A DNA stretch of 63,934 nucleotides, filler included, from Craspedostauros australis (taxonomy: Eukaryota), in the NCBI GenBank assembly GCA_030167865.1. It is 9 parts of 9 records of this genome, joined end to end, with 100 filler letters (N's around TTAATTAATTAA, not from the genome) between each part and the next. Parts side by side here need not be neighbours in the genome. Positions count along the whole stretch, not along the records: positions 58,044 to 59,917 come from JALAGF010000904.1; positions 60,018 to 61,658 come from JALAGF010000906.1; positions 61,759 to 63,934 come from JALAGF010000907.1; 6 more parts are not named here. The stretch is one strand, 5' to 3'. The translations under genes were made by a program, and so were the position numbers. Below are positions 58,168-63,934 of the stretch, one piece after another. How positions within the stretch are numbered: the first letter of the stretch is position 1; each line of letters opens with the position of its first letter. The notes below the pieces were generated by a model, which searched no databases, was not told the origin of the DNA, and was given only the letters and a program-made list of their open reading frames with translations.

Positions 58168-59904
58168 TTAACTTGCATCACCACGGCGTTGTCGTGCTGA
58201 CCTCCCACGGGTCCTCATCCCAGTAGTAGTCGGCTTTCTTCGTTCTTTCTCTTGGTCATCATGCTGGTGCTGTGATTGTTCGTCTCCTATTGCTTGTTCT
58301 GCCATTGTGAAATTATTCGTGGTTGCTTCCGCCGTTGTTGTGGGCACTGTTGCAACCTGCGGCGGCTGTTGGATGCTTCCTTCTGCTGTCTCTCCTCTTG
58401 CATCATCTTTTGGGACCGATTCGGTTGATGCCAAAGTTGCACTTGGCGATGGCATCCGGACTCCAGCTGTTTCGGCTCCTCTTTTTGATGCCGGTGATGG
58501 TGGTGATGGCAAGATCGCCACCTCCGTTTGGGCATCTGTTTGTGTTGTATGCTGCACACCGCCTGCCTGGGATGGCACGATCCATTGGGGTGATCCTGCT
58601 GTTGCCATCTCGTCTGGCCATGCCCTTATTCTTCCAATTTCTGAGACTTTCGAACTTCTGGTTGCTGGTGATTGTGGTGGTGTTGGCAAAATCGCCACCT
58701 CCGATTGGGCATCTGTTCCTGTTGTATGATGCACACNGCCTGCCTGGGCTGTTGGGATCTCTTGGGGCGATCCCACCACAGCAACCCCCTTTTGCTGTGC
58801 CTGTCCCCCTCCACTGTCTGAGCTTTCCACCAATACTCGTGCTGGTGATCTTGGTGGTGGCATTGCCAGTGTGTCTGTTTGTGTTCTGTGATGTGCATCG
58901 CCCGCCTGGGCTGGTAGGATCCGCACAAGTGATTCCACTACAGCAATCGCCTCTTCCTGTGCCCCTCCTCCTCCACTGTCTGAGCTTTCCACCAATGCTT
59001 GTGCTGGTGATCTTGGTGGTGGCATTGCCTGTGTGTCTGTTCGTGTTCTGTGATGTGCATCGCCCGCCTGGGCTGGTAGGATTTGTACAAGTGATCCTGC
59101 TCCTGCCATCCCCTCTTCCTGTGCCCGTCCTCCTCCACGGTCTGAGCCTTCCACCAATGCTCGTGTTGGTGATCTTGGTGGTGGCATTGCCTGCGTGTCT
59201 GTTCGTGTTCTGCGATGTGCATCGCTTGCCTGGGCTGGTAGAATCCGTTGGAGTGATGGGTGAATGCCACTGTTCTGGCTTCTTTCATCCATAGCAGTGC
59301 GACGGTGCGTGTACTGATCTGTACTGGCTCTCACACCTGCTGCTGCTGCTGCTGCTGGAGGTTCACCACCTGATCTGCTTGCCAACTGGCCGGCAGCATC
59401 AACCAACGCCGCATCGAGGGAGATATCCTCGTGCTCCCACCATCTGTTGGCATGTTGGGAGACGTCCACATTGACATTGGGGCCACCTGCCATGGGCACT
59501 TGTGTGAGAGCACGAGGCTTCTTTGTTGCTTGGCTTTCTTCAGTTGCATCTGCAAACAATCTGGGTCTCTCTTGCAAGGTGTCCTCCCGTGCCCGCTTTG
59601 CACGCTTTTCCTCCACCTTGAGAGCCAGCTCAGCCTCCATCATCTCAAGCGTTGCCCGTTTGATTTCAATACGATCTCGCATTATTTCGGTACTGTCTGT
59701 AAAAACTGACATGGTGTCGTCGGTGGCAGTCTGGGTTGCTGTCTGATGACTGATGGCAGAAACCGTGGGTGTGGCTTGTTGGCCATGCAGCCTTGGCTGC
59801 GTTGCTGATGGTAGTTGTCTGTTGTTGTTGTGGTGACTGTCCGCTGCTGGGGTGGGGCGACGACCTCCTAGGTGGATTGTGGGTTGGGGTGTTGATGGTG
59901 TCAT
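58168..59904 (-). CDS. Low-complexity ORF with ~54-aa tandem repeats (possibly repeat- or TE-derived, possibly decaying)
   Basis: Three near-identical 162-bp units (ILPAQAGDAH.RT.TDT.AMPPPRSP...) plus two diverged units; short coiled-coil upstream. Confidence 0.45.
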   Translation of the reverse strand: MTPSTPQPTIHLGGRRPTPAADSHHNNNRQLPSATQPRLHGQQATPTVSAISHQTATQTATDDTMSVFTDSTEIMRDRIEIKRATLEMMEAELALKVEEKRAKRAREDTLQERPRLFADATEESQATKKPRALTQVPMAGGPNVNVDVSQHANRWWEHEDISLDAALVDAAGQLASRSGGEPPAAAAAAGVRASTDQYTHRRTAMDERSQNSGIHPSLQRILPAQASDAHRRTRTDTQAMPPPRSPTRALVEGSDRGGGRAQEEGMAGAGSLVQILPAQAGDAHHRTRTDTQAMPPPRSPAQALVESSDSGGGGAQEEAIAVVESLVRILPAQAGDAHHRTQTDTLAMPPPRSPARVLVESSDSGGGQAQQKGVAVVGSPQEIPTAQAGXVHHTTGTDAQSEVAILPTPPQSPATRSSKVSEIGRIRAWPDEMATAGSPQWIVPSQAGGVQHTTQTDAQTEVAILPSPPSPASKRGAETAGVRMPSPSATLASTESVPKDDARGETAEGSIQQPPQVATVPTTTAEATTNNFTMAEQAIGDEQSQHQHDDQEKERRKPTTTGMRTRGRSARQRRGDAS

Positions 59905-59917
59905 GCTGTTGCCAGCC

Positions 59918-60017
59918 NNNNNNNNNNNNNNNNNNNNNNNNNNNNNNNNNNNNNNNNNNNNTTAATTAATTAANNNNNNNNNNNNNNNNNNNNNNNNNNN
60001 NNNNNNNNNNNNNNNNN
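59918..60017. other. Artificial contig-joining linker
   Basis: N-TTAATTAATTAA-N, 100 nt. Confidence 0.97.
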
Positions 60018-60750
60018 GATGCACTCACGATAACACTAGTTGTGGAGTTTTGGCCCCTTGTTGCCACTGGTTTGCTTGCTTTTGGGAGAATCGGCGATTG
60101 GATATTTAGAGCTATTGTGTGTTTGCTCTCGCTGATCCGTCTTCTACGTCACAGGGAACGTATTCCACGTCATGAAAAACGAGTCACAACAGAGGAAGAG
60201 ACATCGTGTGACTCTTCCTCCACAAGACAACATGATGACTGCACGCGGCAACAACAGAATGTGCCAGGCCAGGACAGCCAACAACACTCCACGTTGACCA
60301 GTCTCACAATGGAAACCAGCAACATCCAATCGTCTCNGAATACGACGAAGCGCATTGGCGATCTGTACGACGCAGACGACAGTGCTTCGCCAATCACCAC
60401 AACATCGTCTTCACCTCGGCTGCCAATCCTGTGAATGCTGCATGCACAGCTCAGCCAATCCACATTCTTGCCACTGTTGCTGTTTCCATTTTTTCTCCGA
60501 CAACATGCGTTGCGCACATGATCAACGTGGTACGGTATGCATCCTGCGCAACCGTGCAGCACGATCCTCTTGCAAGAACGCCAAGGCGCAAGGGACGACA
60601 TCAACACAACCAAAAGTACCGATCCAGCCACGAGTGTGAAGGAGCCTCGAAGCAAATACGAGCAATAGTAAACCGCTCGTCCAAATTCGAGAGGAAAGAA
60701 ACAGCATTCCAGCAAACCACAACCAAGCAAAGATCACGTGGAAACCGAAG

Positions 60751-61658
60751 ATGCTCAACTTCAAGGCAGCGATCATCACGGCGATCTTGCTTGCCGAATG
60801 CAAGACAATCGATGCCATCCTTCGCGGCTGTAGATTGGTTGACCCAACCAACGAACTTTATGTCGCGATGCAGGCAACCAGACTGCTGAAGGCCGACGGT
60901 GGTTTCATCCCTAAGAACTTCAAGGGTAACAAACAGACGGGAGCACCGTCCAACAATCCGAGCAGCAATCCCAGTGTGGCACCAACCAGTTTGCCTACCA
61001 GCTCTCCTACATTGGCACCAACTGCGTTGGCCAGAATAATGACAACAACACCGACTTCTACACCAACCTTGCCACCAACTGGGGCACCAACTTCAAGGCC
61101 AACTGGGCGGCCAGTTGCCTCACCGACCAGCAATCCAACCTTGAGGCCTACCTCATCACCGACCAATCAGCCAACAGGTGGAGCAACCAGCATGCCGACG
61201 CGAGATCCAACTTCCATGCCGACATTGGGGCCTACATCTGCATCAACTACCGCCTCGTTTGTATTTGATTCCAGCATCTCCGTGGCCTGCGAGCCAGATG
61301 TTGCGCCGCCATGCTTTCCGCCTGATGCATTCGACCCAAATGCCATCATCTGCAATCCATCCAAGACTTCGTGCCGCGAGGCCGTCACTGCTGTTCGAAG
61401 CACACCAGGATTGCAGAATTACTTCGCATGCGCTGGCCTCTTGACCAAGGGGGATGTGCGCAAGCTATTCAACCGATATGCATCCAACCCCTTGCTAGCT
61501 GAGGAGCTGACGCTATTGTCCGTCGCCGGCACCACTCTGCTCACAGCTCTTGGTGGTGAGGACATCTACTACGCGTGCCAGGACGCCGGGGCTCCATGCT
61601 GTGCAGAGGAGTATCACTGTACCAGCGCCGACGGTTACAGTTTCATGACCATTGCCAC
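60751..61658 (+). CDS. Secreted PT-repeat (mucin-like) protein with Cys-rich C-terminal domain, truncated
   Basis: Signal peptide MLNFKAAIITAILLAECKT, LRG and RLL motifs, many xPT/xPS tetrapeptides, then a Cys-containing domain. Confidence 0.75.
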
Positions 61659-61758
61659 NNNNNNNNNNNNNNNNNNNNNNNNNNNNNNNNNNNNNNNNNN
61701 NNTTAATTAATTAANNNNNNNNNNNNNNNNNNNNNNNNNNNNNNNNNNNNNNNNNNNN
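61659..61758. other. Artificial contig-joining linker
   Basis: N-TTAATTAATTAA-N, 100 nt. Confidence 0.97.
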
Positions 61759-61759
61759 C

Positions 61760-63934
61760 AACTCATCCCGCCTCTGGCCCATCTGGGAGGTCAAGAGCTC
61801 CAAGTCAGCCCTTGATGCAGATATCATCTACGAACTTTGCGTCGCTGAGGAGGACACCCAGCGCATTTTGGAGGAGAAAGGCCACTGCTTTGGATGCGAT
61901 GAAGGATGTCTCCCACCCTTGTCCATCGTGCTCTACGCCCGACTCGCCTTGACCTCCGACGACGGTCTGTCCATGTCCTGCGCAGCCCTTCGAGATGCAT
62001 GGGGGCCATACGAGGCCAAGACGAAGCAAGAATGGATCACCTGCGTCACCGACTTCGATACCGACTACGACCCAGAAACCAAGACCATCCCCGCATCTTG
62101 CCCTGACCATTTCTCCTCCGCCATGGTGAACTTCGACTACGACGAGACTGGCGTGGTGTCTTACACCTCCTCCATCTTTGCCACCTATAGCGACGATGAC
62201 ACTCTCGAGGACATGTTCGACGATGTGGACAAGTACGCCGACGGTAGTGGCGGCGTGACTGGGGTGTACGACACCCAGGAGGAAGATTTTGTCGACCTTT
62301 ACGCTGATGGCGCGCTGACATCCGATATGGCCTTGGCCATGGCATCGGCTGTGATCGTCGCCATCGCCATCATGGTCCACACCCGCAGTCCCTTCATCAC
62401 ATTGATTGGCCTGGTGCAGATCATGTTCAGCTTCCCACTGTCCTTCTTCGTCTACAGCCTGATCCTTGGGCTGGAGTTCTTCCCATTCTTGAATTTCCTC
62501 GGCATGTTCGTCATCTTCGGACTTGGTGCTGACGACGTAAGTACCACATGGCCTCATACTCGTGTCATGGACGCACGATGAAGGAGCCAAGAGATTGCAT
62601 ATGCACTGATAGCTCACGCAATTTTGTATCTAACCAATCGCATATGCTGTTCTGTTCATTTCATGTCGCCGCTCTACCGCCATTGAATCTATCCACACCA
62701 TCACCATACCGACATGCCGTCGTGCCATATTTGCATGCCACGCAACAATACTCTCAACGCGTATAAATGGAACACACGCACGCACGCACACAGGTCTTCG
62801 TTGCCATGGACAAGTGGAAGAATGCCCGCCTGGATCACCCCAATTCATCCACCGAAGACATTGCGGCTATGGCGCTACCAGATGCCGCGTCTGCGATGTT
62901 CCTCACCACGATCACCACCGCAGTCGCTTTCTTCGCCACCGCCATCTGCCCTGTCGCACCAGTCAAGATGTTCGCGATCTTCTGCGGTCTCCTCGTCCTC
63001 CTCGATTACTTTCTCAACGTGCTGCTGGTTTTCCCAGCCCTCTGCATGTATGACATCGCTATCCAAGAGAAGGGCGATCAGGTCAGTTGCTGCATTCACT
63101 TTGATCACTGGTGCAACCTGTGCTGCCGCAAGAACGGTGGGGACAACGACAGCGAAGCGGGCTCAGTGACCTCCTCGCAACGTGAGGACGGGGCAAAGCG
63201 CAACGGCGATCGGCTTCACGATTCCAACAACGATGCTGTTGGCAATGGCGAAGATGAAGATGAAAACATATCCCTTATTCGACGGGCCCTGCTGGGGCTA
63301 TTCTACATCCTGAAGCGCGGAAAGTGGCCAATCTTCGTGCTCTCCATGGTTGCGCTTGTGGTGACCGCCATCTTTGCAGCAAAGCTAGACCTCCCAACCT
63401 CTTCGGATGTCCGCGTTCTGGGGGATGACGTCGAGTTTGAGCAGGCGTACGTCTGGAGACAGAAGCTTCTGTACGATCAGCTCGATAGGGCAGAAGGCAG
63501 CGTCGCTTACATCATTTGGGGTGTCAAGCCCGCAGACACCGGCAACCACGGTAAGTGAACCTCGTGACTTCGTGCGAAGAGATCCTGGCCAGCGCTTCTC
63601 TATCCATTCGATAACCATTGGATGCTCTTTCAACTCACGCCCTCCGTTCATTCCGAATCACTTTGATCCAACATCGACTTTCGTTCAAACTGATCCGCAT
63701 CCACATGATACAACAACCTCAGACAACCCGGACGAATGGACACAAGTCGTCCTTGACGAGTCGTTCGACCCTGCCACCCAAGAGAGCCAGCAGCACCTTC
63801 TCGACATCTGCAGCAGTACCTTCGCCCAAGACTTCGCTGACCCCATCGGGTCCAACTACACCTGCTCGTTTTCTGGGTTGAACCAGTGGCTCGTTGACGA
63901 GTCATCTGCGGCCTCACCAAGTCAGATCTACCAA
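61760..63934 (+). CDS. Patched/Dispatched-family RND protein with sterol-sensing domain, partial; exons 61760-62536, 62794-63550, 63723-end
   Basis: HTRSPFITLIG, FPFLNFLG, GLGADD/VFV (GxGADD across intron 1), AMFLTTITTAVAF, WGVKPADTG, FDPATQESQQHLLDIC; GTAAGT donors and AG acceptors preserve frame. Confidence 0.9.

Overview
Eukaryotic nuclear DNA, most consistent with a raphid pennate diatom. The evidence is GT-AG introns, bipartite signal+transit peptides, and diatom-type families (PH-DGAT1, DUF6824, RNI-like LRR, PT-repeat secreted proteins). The window is not one locus: eight artificial 100-nt N-TTAATTAATTAA-N linkers join nine separate contigs, so adjacency across linkers is meaningless. 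Recognisable genes are DGAT1, PheRS beta, three tandem DUF1330 genes, an MFS transporter, a convergent pair of identical tRNA-Gly(GCC), an LRR protein, a DUF6824 protein, plastid hemE (3 exons), a plastid cupin, a cytochrome P450, an AAA_16/STAND-like ATPase, a dsRBD-like protein and a Patched/Dispatched-type RND protein. The most notable observation is a two-exon secreted protein with RXL sites, a zwitterionic KDKDS/KxxK tract and two copies of an unrecognised 8-Cys module, a candidate biosilica or adhesive protein. Also notable are a 7.3-kb gene-bearing segment bracketed by inverted ends of one putative DNA transposon, the inverted tRNA-Gly duplication with a conserved 3' tail, the DUF1330 array with a conserved 66-bp upstream block, and a 162-bp coding repeat showing CpG-to-TpG decay. 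All calls come from reading the sequence by eye; no searches were run.
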